Shown: positions 9,121 through 18,723, counted from the stretch's first letter. The stretch is 64,000 nucleotides of DNA from Gemmatimonadota bacterium (GCA_003221895.1 QHUJ01000115.1:43001-107000), one strand, 5' to 3'. Numbers and translations are program-made. The notes: generated by a model not told the origin, from the sequence alone.

Positions 9121-12100
9121 GTCGTAATCGCCGGCTGTCTGGCGAGTCTCGCCGCAGCGGAATGGCTGCGCAGCGATGCCGGGGTGTGGGCCTGGCTGGC
9201 AGGCGTCGCCGGCCTGGCGGCGCTGGTGCTGGCGCTGCGGCCGCCCGCGCTGCGGCGGCCTCTGACCATCAGTGCCGCGGCGGCAAGCGTAGTGCTCGGA
9301 GCCGTGTTGGTTGGCGGGGCGCTCCGCGTATGGCGGATCGAGTGCTGCTGGCCCTCATTGCGAGAGCAAAGCGTCCCCGGGACCTCGCGCGCGCTCCAAA
9401 GGGCGCTCGGCGAGGCCATCGCCGAGGCCCGCCGGCTTGCCGAGCGAGGAGCCAGCGCGGCTCCGCTGCCGCGCGAAGCCGTCTTCGATCGACTGGAGGA
9501 CGCCGTCGCGTCGGACTTCTCCATCGAGCGCAGCGTCGCCGTCATCCAGAGTCCTCCCGATGCGCATGCCGTCGCGTGGGCCGGGCGCCATCGGGTGATT
9601 CCCGAGCAGGACACGACCGAGCTGCGTGCGGTCATGTCTCCATTCTACGCGTTGCTCGAGGCGCGGCGCCAGACGCAAACGGGGACATCGGTAGGGAGCG
9701 TGCTGCTGTCGGCCGGGCCGGCGATCGCGGACGGCGACCGATCACTGGCCGCCGCGTTTGCTCGCAAGCACGACGTGTCGCTCCACTTTTTCCCCGCAGG
9801 GCAAGGGCCACGCGACTCGAGTGTCTTCGAGATCTGTCCGCCGCCGAGCGGTTGCGAGCACGGGGACACGCTGTTTTCCGTCCTCACCATCCCGCCGTCG
9901 CAGGGCGATGCCAAGCTCGCGGCGCTCGCGGGTACCGCATGGCTGGCGCGCATCGCGATGGGGGTCATGCTGCTCCTGCTGCTCGGCGCGGCAGCGCCCG
10001 GCACCTGGCGCTGGGGCGTGTTGCTGGTCTCGGCGTGGGTGCTGCTCCGCGCTCCGGTCGGGCCTGCTGCCTTCTTCTCCCCCGGAACGTTCTACCGGCC
10101 CCTGGCGGGAATCGGCACGTCGGCTGGTTCGCTCTTCGTCGTGGGCGTCGTATTGCTCGTGGCGGCCACCTGGTTGCGGCGTCGCGGGATCGAGCGGCGC
10201 TGGTGGGGGATCGCCGCGGCGGCCGTGCTGCTTATCGCCGCGCCCTATCTCGTCCGCTACTTCGGCCGGGGCATCGCGCCGCCGGCGAGCGGCGTGAGTA
10301 TCGGCCTGTGGCTGTCGTGGCAGGTGGCGCTTGCCGTCACCGCAATGGCGCTCATCCTGGTCGCCGCGGCGCTGGTCCGGGGATCCAGAGAGCCGGAGCG
10401 GATCTCGTGGGTGCTGCCCGCGGCGTGTGCGTGGGGCGCGCTCGCGGCGATCGGTGGCCTCTGGCTGTGGAGTCCGAACGGCGCCTGGCCCGAGTGGTAC
10501 ACGTTCCTTTGGCTGCCGGCGCTCGCGGGTGTGATTCTGCCCGCGCCGCGGCGCTGGGCACTCGTCAGCATGGCGATCGTCGCGGGTACGGCAGCGGCAC
10601 TCGTTGCCTGGGGTGCCGCGATCGAGGGACGATTGTCGCTGGCGGGCCGCGATGCCCTGCGGCTGGGAAAAGAAGGTGACCCCGTCGCGGTCGCGCTGCT
10701 CGAGCGGTTCAGCCAACAGGTGCTCGCTCCGTCGCAGCCACCACCCCGTAACGCCAGCGAGCTGTACGCCCTCTGGGTTGCTTCACCCCTCGTTGCCGAA
10801 GACTACCCGGCGATGCTCGGGCTCTGGAGCGGCGCGGACTTGATCGCGGAGCTTCGTCTGGCGAGTCTCGACCTCCGTCCTGGACTGCTCTCCAAGTTCG
10901 CGGAGACTGCGGTCGAAGGACCGTGCATCGAGCGGTTGGAGAAGATCCCCGGCGTTCATTACGTCCTCATTGCGCCGCTCCGCAACGGCACTGTTCTGAC
11001 CGTCGGTGTCGGCCCGCGCACGCGACTGCTGCCGCCGGATCGCGTTGCGCGCTTTCTGCGCGGCGATCCTGGCATCGAGCCTCCCTACACCATCTCCCTT
11101 TCATTACCCATTGCCGGCGTGACCGCGCCGCGCGCGGGCGGCGCACTCGAGTGGCGGCGGCTGGGGTGGTCGGCGCGCGGCGAGCGGCAAGTCGAGCTTC
11201 CGGATGGCGTGCGGCACGTGCACCTCCGCGTCTCGCTGCGCGGTCCGTGGGCGCTGCTGGTGCGCGGCGTGCTCGTGGTGGGGCTCGACGTGGGGGTGCT
11301 CGCCGGGGTCTGGTTCTTCGGCCTCATCATCGCTGCCGGGTGGCGCGCGCCGGTGCCGGCAATCGTCACAACACTGCGCACGAGTTATCGCGCGCAGCTC
11401 ACGACGGTGCTCGCCGCCTTCTTTGTGCTGCCGATCCTCGGTTTTGCCGCGTGGAGCTTTGCGCGGCTCACCGATGAGGCACGACGTTCCGGCGATCTGC
11501 TCATTCGCCAGACGCTACGCGACGCGGCGAGCGGCGCGGAGAACATCGCTCAGGGTCGGCCCGACGACGCGCGGCAATCAATGATCGAGTTGGGACGACG
11601 GCTCGACGCGGAGCTGTGGCTGTATCGTCGAGGCCTGCTGGTCGCGACCAGCTCACCGGTGCTGGCGGAGCTCGGCCTCGTCGATCCTTTCCTGAACCCC
11701 GAAGCGTTCCGGGTGACGCTCGCGGACGAGTTCGAGATCACCATGGACGCGAGGACTGCGGGGCGACCCACGCGTGTGGGCTATCGCATCGTTGCAGCCG
11801 GACCGCCCGGCGAGCAGACCGTCCTCGCGGTGCCGCAGCTGCTCGATGATGAAATGGTGCGGGAGCAGCAGGAGGACGTTGCGCTCGCGCTCGTCCTCGG
11901 CACACTCGCCGGTCTCGCGGCCGCCATCTATCTCGCGGGGCTCGCAGCCCGGCGTCTCGCGGAACCGGTTGCCGCGTTACGGGCCGCCGCGCTCGCGGTG
12001 GGGCGGGGCAGCGAGCCGCCGGCGTTCCCGGCCGGTGCGCCGCGCGAGTTCGAGCCGGTGCTGTCGGCGTTCGATCGCATGGTCACCGACGTGCGTCGCA

Positions 12101-13125
12101 GCCAGGGCGCCCTCGAAGAAGCGCGCCTCCGCACAGCGCGCGTGCTGGCCAACGTCGCGACAGGCGTCATCGCTGTTGATGACGGCCTGCGCGTGACGAT
12201 GGCCAATCCGCGCGCATCCGAGCTCATGCTCGGCGGCGGCGAGACGCTATCGCCGGGCAATGTGCTCCCGCAGGCTTCCCCTCCCGGTTGGGCGCCGGTG
12301 TGGCAGGCAGTCGCGCAGTTCATCGCGGAGAATCGCGATGTCATCAAGGAGCTCGAGTTCGAGATCGACGGCCGGCAGATTCGCGTGCAGCTCGCGCTGC
12401 TCGGCGCGGCGCCGGATGGGTGCGTCATCGCGCTCGACGACGCGACCGCGTTGACGCGCGCCGCGCGCGTCCTCGCCTGGGGCGAGATGGCGCGCCAGGT
12501 CGCGCATGAAATCAAAAATCCGCTCACGCCCATCCGGCTCGGCATTCAACATCTGCAGCGCATCCGCGGCAAGACGCGCTCCTCGGAGTTCGAAGCGACC
12601 CTGGACGAAACGGCCGGCCGCATCCTGGCGGAGATCGACCGGCTGGACGGCATCGCGCGCGCGTTTTCCCGCTTCGGCGCGCCGCAATCCGACGAGCAGC
12701 TGCCGCTCGAACCCGTCGATCTTGCGGCGACGGCGCGGGAAGTGGTGCAGCTCTACGAGCTCGGCTCGCCGACGCGCTTCGAAGTCGTCGCCGCGAACGG
12801 CGTGCCCGCGCTGGCGCGGAGAGACGAAGTGAAAGAAGTGCTCGTGAACCTTCTCGAGAACGCGCGGAATGCCGATGCGAAACGCGTGACGGTGCAGGTT
12901 GCAGCGAGCGGCCGGCAGCTGACGGTCTCCGACGACGGCCGAGGCATTCCGGCGGAAGTCTTGCCGCGCGTCTTCGAGCCCACGTTCTCGACGACGTCGA
13001 GCGGGGCCGGCCTGGGACTCGCGATTGCGCGCCGCCTGGTCGAGAGCTGGGGTGGTGCGATCACCCTCGAAAGCGAGCCCGGCAAAGGGACACGGGTCAC
13101 TCTGACGCTCCAAACGGCTGCCTAG
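9103..13125 (+). CDS. Large membrane sensor histidine kinase (NtrY-like HAMP-PAS-HisKA-HATPase C-terminus, about 850-aa polytopic N-terminal region)
   Basis: H-box ARQVAHEIKNPLTPIRLGIQHLQ, N/G boxes LENARNA, DDGRGIP, GAGLGLAIARR. Many hydrophobic helices between residues about 1 and 760. The GTG at 9103 overlaps the divergent creatininase start by 18 nt, so the true start may be further downstream. Confidence 0.85.
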   Translation: MQRQAHVVIAGCLASLAAAEWLRSDAGVWAWLAGVAGLAALVLALRPPALRRPLTISAAAASVVLGAVLVGGALRVWRIECCWPSLREQSVPGTSRALQRALGEAIAEARRLAERGASAAPLPREAVFDRLEDAVASDFSIERSVAVIQSPPDAHAVAWAGRHRVIPEQDTTELRAVMSPFYALLEARRQTQTGTSVGSVLLSAGPAIADGDRSLAAAFARKHDVSLHFFPAGQGPRDSSVFEICPPPSGCEHGDTLFSVLTIPPSQGDAKLAALAGTAWLARIAMGVMLLLLLGAAAPGTWRWGVLLVSAWVLLRAPVGPAAFFSPGTFYRPLAGIGTSAGSLFVVGVVLLVAATWLRRRGIERRWWGIAAAAVLLIAAPYLVRYFGRGIAPPASGVSIGLWLSWQVALAVTAMALILVAAALVRGSREPERISWVLPAACAWGALAAIGGLWLWSPNGAWPEWYTFLWLPALAGVILPAPRRWALVSMAIVAGTAAALVAWGAAIEGRLSLAGRDALRLGKEGDPVAVALLERFSQQVLAPSQPPPRNASELYALWVASPLVAEDYPAMLGLWSGADLIAELRLASLDLRPGLLSKFAETAVEGPCIERLEKIPGVHYVLIAPLRNGTVLTVGVGPRTRLLPPDRVARFLRGDPGIEPPYTISLSLPIAGVTAPRAGGALEWRRLGWSARGERQVELPDGVRHVHLRVSLRGPWALLVRGVLVVGLDVGVLAGVWFFGLIIAAGWRAPVPAIVTTLRTSYRAQLTTVLAAFFVLPILGFAAWSFARLTDEARRSGDLLIRQTLRDAASGAENIAQGRPDDARQSMIELGRRLDAELWLYRRGLLVATSSPVLAELGLVDPFLNPEAFRVTLADEFEITMDARTAGRPTRVGYRIVAAGPPGEQTVLAVPQLLDDEMVREQQEDVALALVLGTLAGLAAAIYLAGLAARRLAEPVAALRAAALAVGRGSEPPAFPAGAPREFEPVLSAFDRMVTDVRRSQGALEEARLRTARVLANVATGVIAVDDGLRVTMANPRASELMLGGGETLSPGNVLPQASPPGWAPVWQAVAQFIAENRDVIKELEFEIDGRQIRVQLALLGAAPDGCVIALDDATALTRAARVLAWGEMARQVAHEIKNPLTPIRLGIQHLQRIRGKTRSSEFEATLDETAGRILAEIDRLDGIARAFSRFGAPQSDEQLPLEPVDLAATAREVVQLYELGSPTRFEVVAANGVPALARRDEVKEVLVNLLENARNADAKRVTVQVAASGRQLTVSDDGRGIPAEVLPRVFEPTFSTTSSGAGLGLAIARRLVESWGGAITLESEPGKGTRVTLTLQTAA

Positions 13126-13223
13126 AAACGACCTACAGTGACGTTCCTCACACCGCGGATTTGGAGAAACGACCACAATGTGCAAGGTTGTGGCGGCTTT
13201 TTCCCCTTGGTCCGAGGTGCCGT

Positions 13224-14612
13224 GTGCGAACCGCAGTTGTCGTCGTTACGCTGGCCGTCCTGGTGCTCGCTCCACGAGCCGCTCACGCGCAAATCTCCTT
13301 CGATGCGCGCCGCCTCGGCATGGGCGGAGTGTCACTGGGTCGGGACGGCAACGCGAGTCGCTATAATCCCGCATATCGCGCTGTAAAGAACCGCAGTGGC
13401 GGCGGTACCGGCGCGCCCAAAGTCACGATTCCGGTCCCGCTCGGTCTCTACAGCTTCTTCAGACAGCACCCGATCAACCAGCTGACCCATGATCCGACGT
13501 TCAATCCGGATTCGGCGGGGTTCAATCCCGTCGCGCTCCTCAATCTCATTCTGAGCCCGCCGATCTTCCTCGACCTGCGCAAGCCGGCCGCGCCGACCAA
13601 CAACGTCGAGTTCACGATCGGCAAGAATCAGCTGATCATGAATCTCGGCGCCTCCAGGGTGCTGATCCCCGATCAGACATTCGGTCTCGGCACGAGCGGC
13701 CGGCTGCTCGACCTCGGATCTGGCATCGGTCCGTTCCACATCAGCGTGATGGGATTCGTCCACTACGACGTCGGCTTCACGCTCGACTCGGCGTTGCGCA
13801 GCGTGCTCAAGGATACGGTTCCGGTTCGCTCGGATTCGAGCTACTTCATTATTACCGACGCCCTCGCCCAGACGGGAGTCTCGCCGACGGTCAGTTACGC
13901 GGGACGCGTGTGGCACCCGACGGCTATGGGTGACAGCGGGGCGCCGGGAGGCCCGAACGCGAACGCCGACGATGGCGTCTACCTCGGCGCCGCGGCGCAC
14001 TATTACTTCGGCGCCACGTACGCCCGGGGCGTCGGCCCCGCCGGCTTCACCGTCGGCAATCCGATCTTTGGCGTCGCGCCCACGGTCCTCTTCGACGGCA
14101 TCGTGCACACGTCGAACGGGCCGAACGGCCACGGCGTCGGCGCTGACGTCGGCGTCGCGTGGATTTCCGGCCCGCTCGAGGTTGGCGTCGGCGCGAACGA
14201 CATTGGTGCGCAGCTGACCTGGTCCGATACGAAGATCCGGCGCATTCAGTACGACCCGAATGGCGACTCGATCAGCACGACCATTCTGGCGAACCACGTC
14301 CAGTCCACGACCAAACTGCCGATCAGCTACATCGCCAATGCGGCACTCCGCATGGGCACCGGCACGACGGTGGGTGGCGACGTCTTCAATGCGGGACGCG
14401 GGACGGTCATCCACCTCGGCGCCGAGCAACGGTACGGGCCGTTTGCCGTGCGTGGCGGCGTGGCGCGCGACGAGCGCAAGAAGCTGCAATTCGGTTTTGG
14501 TGGCGGTCTTCGCATGGGGGCGTTCGGATTGGACCTCGGCGTCTGGACCCACAGCAACACGCTGGCCGACCAACGCGCCATGACGATGGCGACGTCCATC
14601 TCAGTCTATTAA
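13224..14612 (+). CDS. Hypothetical outer-membrane beta-barrel protein
   Basis: ORF 13161..14612. GTG 13224 is preceded by GAGGTG and gives the signal peptide (M)RTAVVVVTLAVLVLAPRAAHA. Alternating beta-strand pattern; C-terminal ...TSISVY. Confidence 0.6.
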   Translation: MRTAVVVVTLAVLVLAPRAAHAQISFDARRLGMGGVSLGRDGNASRYNPAYRAVKNRSGGGTGAPKVTIPVPLGLYSFFRQHPINQLTHDPTFNPDSAGFNPVALLNLILSPPIFLDLRKPAAPTNNVEFTIGKNQLIMNLGASRVLIPDQTFGLGTSGRLLDLGSGIGPFHISVMGFVHYDVGFTLDSALRSVLKDTVPVRSDSSYFIITDALAQTGVSPTVSYAGRVWHPTAMGDSGAPGGPNANADDGVYLGAAAHYYFGATYARGVGPAGFTVGNPIFGVAPTVLFDGIVHTSNGPNGHGVGADVGVAWISGPLEVGVGANDIGAQLTWSDTKIRRIQYDPNGDSISTTILANHVQSTTKLPISYIANAALRMGTGTTVGGDVFNAGRGTVIHLGAEQRYGPFAVRGGVARDERKKLQFGFGGGLRMGAFGLDLGVWTHSNTLADQRAMTMATSISVY

Positions 14613-14622
14613 GGGGCAACCC

Positions 14623-15162
14623 ATGAAGGCTCTTGCGAGTGCCGCGTTGCTGGTGCTGGTCGCCGGCTGCGGACAAGGCAAAGCAATTTTCAACGTCGAC
14701 GTCTACAGCTTCATGGCGGGGTCGGGACGGGACACGATCCGGTATGCGATTCCGCCGGCGTCGTCCGCGACTGCGTCGACATTTCAGAGGGTGCAGCTGC
14801 CGCCCGGCTTCGGCAGCTCAGTCGTCGACTCCGTTCGCATCACGGTGGGAAGCGCCAACCTGATCAACAGTGCGGGGACGGGGACACTCGGCTTCTCGTT
14901 CTTTTTCGCGACCGACTCGGTGGGAACGCTGTCGGCGCCGTCAGCGCTCGACGTTCCCGCCACGAATGTCAGCGGGAATGCGACCGTCCCGGTCGCGATC
15001 TCCGGCGACTTGAGCCCGGCCATCCACAGTGTCTTCGCGAAAGACACAGTCTGGATGCGCATTGTCGCAACGGGAACCAACTCGGGTTTGACGCCGGTCA
15101 CGGGCAAAGGTGCCCTGACGGCGCTCGTCATCCGCGTCGTGCTGCAAGACAAGATTCTCTGA
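14623..15162 (+). CDS. Hypothetical lipoprotein
   Basis: Lipobox LVAGC in MKALASAALLVLVAGCGQG. SD-like AAGGGG upstream. 10 nt after the OMP gene. Confidence 0.6.
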   Translation: MKALASAALLVLVAGCGQGKAIFNVDVYSFMAGSGRDTIRYAIPPASSATASTFQRVQLPPGFGSSVVDSVRITVGSANLINSAGTGTLGFSFFFATDSVGTLSAPSALDVPATNVSGNATVPVAISGDLSPAIHSVFAKDTVWMRIVATGTNSGLTPVTGKGALTALVIRVVLQDKIL

Positions 15163-15172
15163 GGCGCCGCGC

Positions 15173-15754
15173 TTACTTGACCGTGTAGCCCTTGCCCTCG
15201 AGGCAGGCTGTCATCGCCTTTTTGAACTGCACGATCTTGTCGTTCGCCACCACGACCGCCTGGTTCGCGCCGGCCTGTTCTGCCTGACCTTCGGCTCTCC
15301 TCTTCGCGCGTCGTCCGGCCACCGCACCGGTGGCCGCTCCAATGGCCGCTCCCTTGCCGGCGTCGCCCGCAGCCGCGCCAATCAGTGCACCGGCCGCCGC
15401 GCCGCGTGCCGCGCCACCGACCGCTGCGCCCTGCGTTGCGCTGGACGCTTCCTTGCCTGCGGCCTTGGCAGCTGAATCGGTATTTGCCGTGACCTTGGTC
15501 GGATCAATGCCGCTTTGCTGCTGCGCCCAGTCGTAGCATTGCTGCTCTTCGCTGAGCTGCACGCCCTTCGTCTGTCCGGCGGTCGGAAATACATACAGTC
15601 CCATTTGCGTAGCGCGTGACGGCATGCTCGCGCAGGTGTACCCGGGCGGACACGAGCCGTCAGCCGCTGGGGCAGCCGGGGGAGTCGGCTCTTGAGCAGC
15701 CAACCACCCGGCGGCAAGGAATACTGCGATCCCGCTGAAACTGATGATGCGCAT
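15173..15754 (-). CDS. Glycine-zipper-containing secreted protein
   Basis: Internal ATG 15754 is preceded by GGAGGAGG and gives the signal peptide MRIISFSGIAVFLAAGWLAAQ. Contains the GAAVGGAARGAAAGALIGAAAGDAGKGAAIGAATGAVAG glycine zipper. The longer track ORF (to 15871) is rejected. Confidence 0.6.
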   Translation of the reverse strand: MRIISFSGIAVFLAAGWLAAQEPTPPAAPAADGSCPPGYTCASMPSRATQMGLYVFPTAGQTKGVQLSEEQQCYDWAQQQSGIDPTKVTANTDSAAKAAGKEASSATQGAAVGGAARGAAAGALIGAAAGDAGKGAAIGAATGAVAGRRAKRRAEGQAEQAGANQAVVVANDKIVQFKKAMTACLEGKGYTVK

Positions 15755-16047
15755 TGCTCCTCCTCCTATCGAATGCGGGGATGGCGGACGGTGAACATCA
15801 GGCGGCGAGTACCACCGCTGGTGCGGTAACCCTTCCCGTCGTGGTCTACCGCATCCTTCACCGTCCGCCACCGAGTCAGTCCTTCACGAACCTGCATCCA
15901 TCTCCACCAGCGAGGGCGACGAAACTCGCCGACGTCGCGCGCGCCGCCGCAGGCGGCTGCGCCATGCCGGATCCGACCAGCGCACGGACGTCGGCGACAT
16001 TGCGGTCCCGCATACGGCAACGCTTGCCGCGAGGCGAGTATGCGGGC

Positions 16048-16065
16048 ATTGCACCTTGGGTCAAT
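16048..16065 (+). promoter_or_regulatory. Motif copy (k): ATTGCACCTTGGGTCAAT
   Basis: In the divergent spacer upstream of the DUF481-like gene. 39 nt from in-frame GTG 16105. Confidence 0.4.
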
Positions 16066-16122
16066 GCCAGAAACAGCATGCGTGGGACGAACGTCGCATA
16101 CCCCGTGAGCAGAGGCACGCGC

Positions 16123-17253
16123 ATGCTTTCGCTCTCATGCGACGCATCTCCGTCCGCTCGCCGCGCTGTGCCTTGTCACCGACGCGTCCGCGTAACGGCT
16201 GGCGAACATCTTGACGGCAATTCCGCCCTGGTCCGAGCACTAATCGTGACCGGTAGCGTCGTGGCGTCCCTCGCCGCGACTCCGCTCTCCGCTCAGAAGG
16301 TGGATACGGTCGTCATTCGCAACGGCGACCGCATCGTCGGCGAAATCAAGGCGCTCGATCGCGGCGCGCTGACCTACAAGACCGATGATGTGGGTATCCT
16401 CACGATCAAGTGGGACAAGATCGACCGCATCGTGAGCCCGCGGTATTTCGAAGTGGAGGACCAGTTGGGCCGGCGCTACTACGGCAACCTGCAACCGTCG
16501 GACGTGGATGGGCGCATGGTCGTCGCCGTCAGCTCGTTCGTCGACACCCTCGACATCGTGCGGGTCATCCGGATCTACCCCATCGGTCGCAGCTTCCTGG
16601 AGCGGGTCGATGGGCACCTCAATCTGGCCGCGAGCTTCCAGCGCGCCAACAGGCTGCGGGATATCAGCGTGGATTTCGAAGCGGAGCATCGCACGCAGGT
16701 GCGGCTGACCAAGCTGCAGTCGAACATCTACTTCCAGGCGCAGGAAGGTGCCGACGCGACGAGCCGCAATTCGATTGCGTTGAGCCAGTTGCGGATGCTC
16801 AAAGACCGGTGGCTGCTGACGGCGGCCGGGCAACTCCAGCAGAACGAGGAGCTCGGCCTCGCGCTGCGCGGCCTGCTCGCGGCCGGTGGGGGCCGATTCC
16901 TGAGTCAGAGCAACCGCTCGGAGGTTCAAGTGCTGAGCGGGCTCGCCTACACCAACGAGCGCTTCTACGGCAGCTCAGCCACGTCGAACCTGGAGCTGCT
17001 GCTTAGCGGCCAGGCGAACTACTATCGGCGCGATGTGCCCAAAACCACGCTGGAATCGACCCTGACCTTCTATCCGAGCATCACCGATTTCGGGCGCGTT
17101 CGCACCGAATTGGACGCGAGCATCTCACACGAGTTCATCAAGGACTTCAACGTCGGTCTCACCGTGTTCGACAACTTCGATAGTCGCCCGCCAGCGGCGA
17201 GTGCGTCGAAAAACGACTTCGGCGTGACCTTCCTGGTCGGGTGGACGTTCTAG
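16123..17253 (+). CDS. DUF481-like outer-membrane protein (YdiY-type)
   Basis: C-terminal half and ending ...DFGVTFLVGWTF resemble DUF481 barrels. Signal-like segment IVTGSVVASLAATPLSAQ. Start is uncertain (ATG 16123, GTG 16105 or GTG 16246); the 5' part of the track ORF from 15754 is rejected. Confidence 0.65.
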   Translation: MLSLSCDASPSARRAVPCHRRVRVTAGEHLDGNSALVRALIVTGSVVASLAATPLSAQKVDTVVIRNGDRIVGEIKALDRGALTYKTDDVGILTIKWDKIDRIVSPRYFEVEDQLGRRYYGNLQPSDVDGRMVVAVSSFVDTLDIVRVIRIYPIGRSFLERVDGHLNLAASFQRANRLRDISVDFEAEHRTQVRLTKLQSNIYFQAQEGADATSRNSIALSQLRMLKDRWLLTAAGQLQQNEELGLALRGLLAAGGGRFLSQSNRSEVQVLSGLAYTNERFYGSSATSNLELLLSGQANYYRRDVPKTTLESTLTFYPSITDFGRVRTELDASISHEFIKDFNVGLTVFDNFDSRPPAASASKNDFGVTFLVGWTF

Positions 17254-17307
17254 GCGCACACGAGCAGGCCGCGGCCGTCCTTGTACCGGGCTTACTGAGC
17301 ACGCGGT

Positions 17308-17580
17308 TCACCTGGTAGTACGGCACGGCGCGGTCCGGCCGCGGTTCGCCCGGAAACGGTTCCGGATCCGGATATTCGGTCCGCTGACGCCCGCGAGGGA
17401 CGGCTCGTCGGGCGAAAACCAGAAGATCGGCGCCATATAGGACACGAAGCGCGGCACCGTCATGCGCGTGTCCGTGCCCCACCAGACGACCCCGGGCAGC
17501 TTGCTGAAATCGCAGCGGTGCGCGTGGGCGGCCACCGGCAAGAACAGCAGCGTCAAGACAACGGTCCTACCAGGTGCCAT
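17308..17580 (-). CDS. Small hypothetical secreted protein or gene remnant
   Basis: ATG 17580 gives MAPGRTVVLTLLFLPVAAHA... with high third-position GC. The Arg-rich tail and an alternative open frame (EYPDPEPFPGEPRPDRAVPYYQVNRVL) suggest a possible frameshift. No SD. Confidence 0.25.
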   Translation of the reverse strand: MAPGRTVVLTLLFLPVAAHAHRCDFSKLPGVVWWGTDTRMTVPRFVSYMAPIFWFSPDEPSLAGVSGPNIRIRNRFRANRGRTAPCRTTR

Positions 17581-17635
17581 AGGCACCCAGGAGGACCGAG
17601 AGGGAGTAGGCGACCGGCGAGAGCAGCTCAAGTCT

Positions 17636-18196
17636 TCATTGGAGATCGGCCAGCAACATATCGACCGCCTTCGGCACGTTATCCAGGTTGATTCGGTCCG
17701 CGCTTGAGACGTCCTTCTTGTACAACCCTTCCCACGCCAGGGAGCCGGTACCACGGTCGCGCACGATGACCAGGAGGCCACCGGTGGTGTAGTCCACCGG
17801 TCTGATGTTCGTCGAGGAGTACGTGGGTGCGCCGTACACGCCCCAGCCGTAGCCACCATACCAGCCGCCGCCCATTGTGGACGTCGTGCCTTGGAGCTCG
17901 GTGGTCCGCTTGATCCCGATATGATACGTCACGATCACCTGAGCCTGGGCGGGATCGTTGACTTCTTTCCATCCTTTGCCGGCCAACGTGTGCTCGATGG
18001 ATTCCCTGACCTTCGCGTGCAACGAGCCGTTCTGCGCGACGGGGTCGAGCTCGTAGCGGCTGACTGTGTCACGCGCGCCCCATGCCCACGTCGCCGGCTT
18101 CGGCAGCGGCACCTTTGAATCGCGTCTGACGGTGATGTCCGGCCCGCCGCAAGCGACTACGAGCACGGCGGTGAGCGCGGTGAGTTGGCGGATCAC
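17636..18196 (-). CDS. DUF4136-family lipoprotein
   Basis: GTG 18196 is preceded by AGGAGGAG. Lipobox VVACG. G/Y/W-rich segment and TGGLLVIVRDRGTGSLAWEG are typical of DUF4136. Alternative GTG at 18229. Confidence 0.75.
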   Translation of the reverse strand: MIRQLTALTAVLVVACGGPDITVRRDSKVPLPKPATWAWGARDTVSRYELDPVAQNGSLHAKVRESIEHTLAGKGWKEVNDPAQAQVIVTYHIGIKRTTELQGTTSTMGGGWYGGYGWGVYGAPTYSSTNIRPVDYTTGGLLVIVRDRGTGSLAWEGLYKKDVSSADRINLDNVPKAVDMLLADLQ

Positions 18197-18294
18197 GGTG
18201 ACTCCTCCTGTGGTAGTCGGATATTGCACTCTGGATAACCTGCTCCGGGCATGCGAGCTGCAGCCATGAGACCTTGGGGAATTCGCCCGGCGGG

Positions 18295-18666
18295 CTAGTG
18301 AACCACGATGCTGCCCGTCATCTCGGTGTGGATCGTGCAGTGGTAGTCGAACGTCCCGACCGATCCGAAGACGACACTATGCGTGCCCCGGCTTTGCGTG
18401 GGACTGTTCTGCGAGGCGTCGGCAAAGGTGACGTTGTGCAGGGTGGCGCTGCTATCCCAGACCCACACCACGATTCCCCCGCTCTGCAGGTTCACAAGGT
18501 TGGGCTGATAGGCGTTGTCGACAATCCGCACCGTGGCCGACGAGAGGATGGTCCCTCCCGTGACCGTCGAGTCGGTCATAGTCCCGATGATCGGAAACGC
18601 CCGCCCCTCGCAGGCATATACCGCGAAGACCAGGACGACGAAAAAAGGGCCTGCCGCCTTCCTCAT
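18295..18666 (-). CDS. Cupredoxin (plastocyanin/pseudoazurin-like type-1 copper protein)
   Basis: Signal peptide MRKAAGPFFVVLVFAVYA. Copper ligands: H in LHNVTF, and C-x2-H-x4-M in YHCTIHTEMTG. Confidence 0.8.
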   Translation of the reverse strand: MRKAAGPFFVVLVFAVYACEGRAFPIIGTMTDSTVTGGTILSSATVRIVDNAYQPNLVNLQSGGIVVWVWDSSATLHNVTFADASQNSPTQSRGTHSVVFGSVGTFDYHCTIHTEMTGSIVVH

Positions 18667-18700
18667 ACTCCATACCTCTCCCCTTGCGGCAGGCCCGAGA

Positions 18701-18718
18701 ATTGGCCTTTGGGGCAAC
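18701..18718 (-). promoter_or_regulatory. Motif copy (g): ATTGGCCTTTGGGGCAAC (+ strand)
   Basis: Exactly 34 nt (18667-18700) from the cupredoxin ATG 18666. Confidence 0.5.
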
Positions 18719-18723
18719 ACCTT

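Noticed and set aside
15755-16122. 5' extensions of the glycine-zipper ORF (to 15871) and the DUF481-like ORF (from 15754), which would overlap each other
   Set aside because: Internal starts give proper signal peptides (and an SD in one case). The extensions mutually overlap on opposite strands and have non-protein-like composition.
18701-18718. Reading the recurrent 18-mer as a sigma-54 (-24/-12) promoter
   Set aside because: The length is similar, but no copy fits GG-N10-GC or TGGCAC-N5-TTGC on either strand when aligned by hand.
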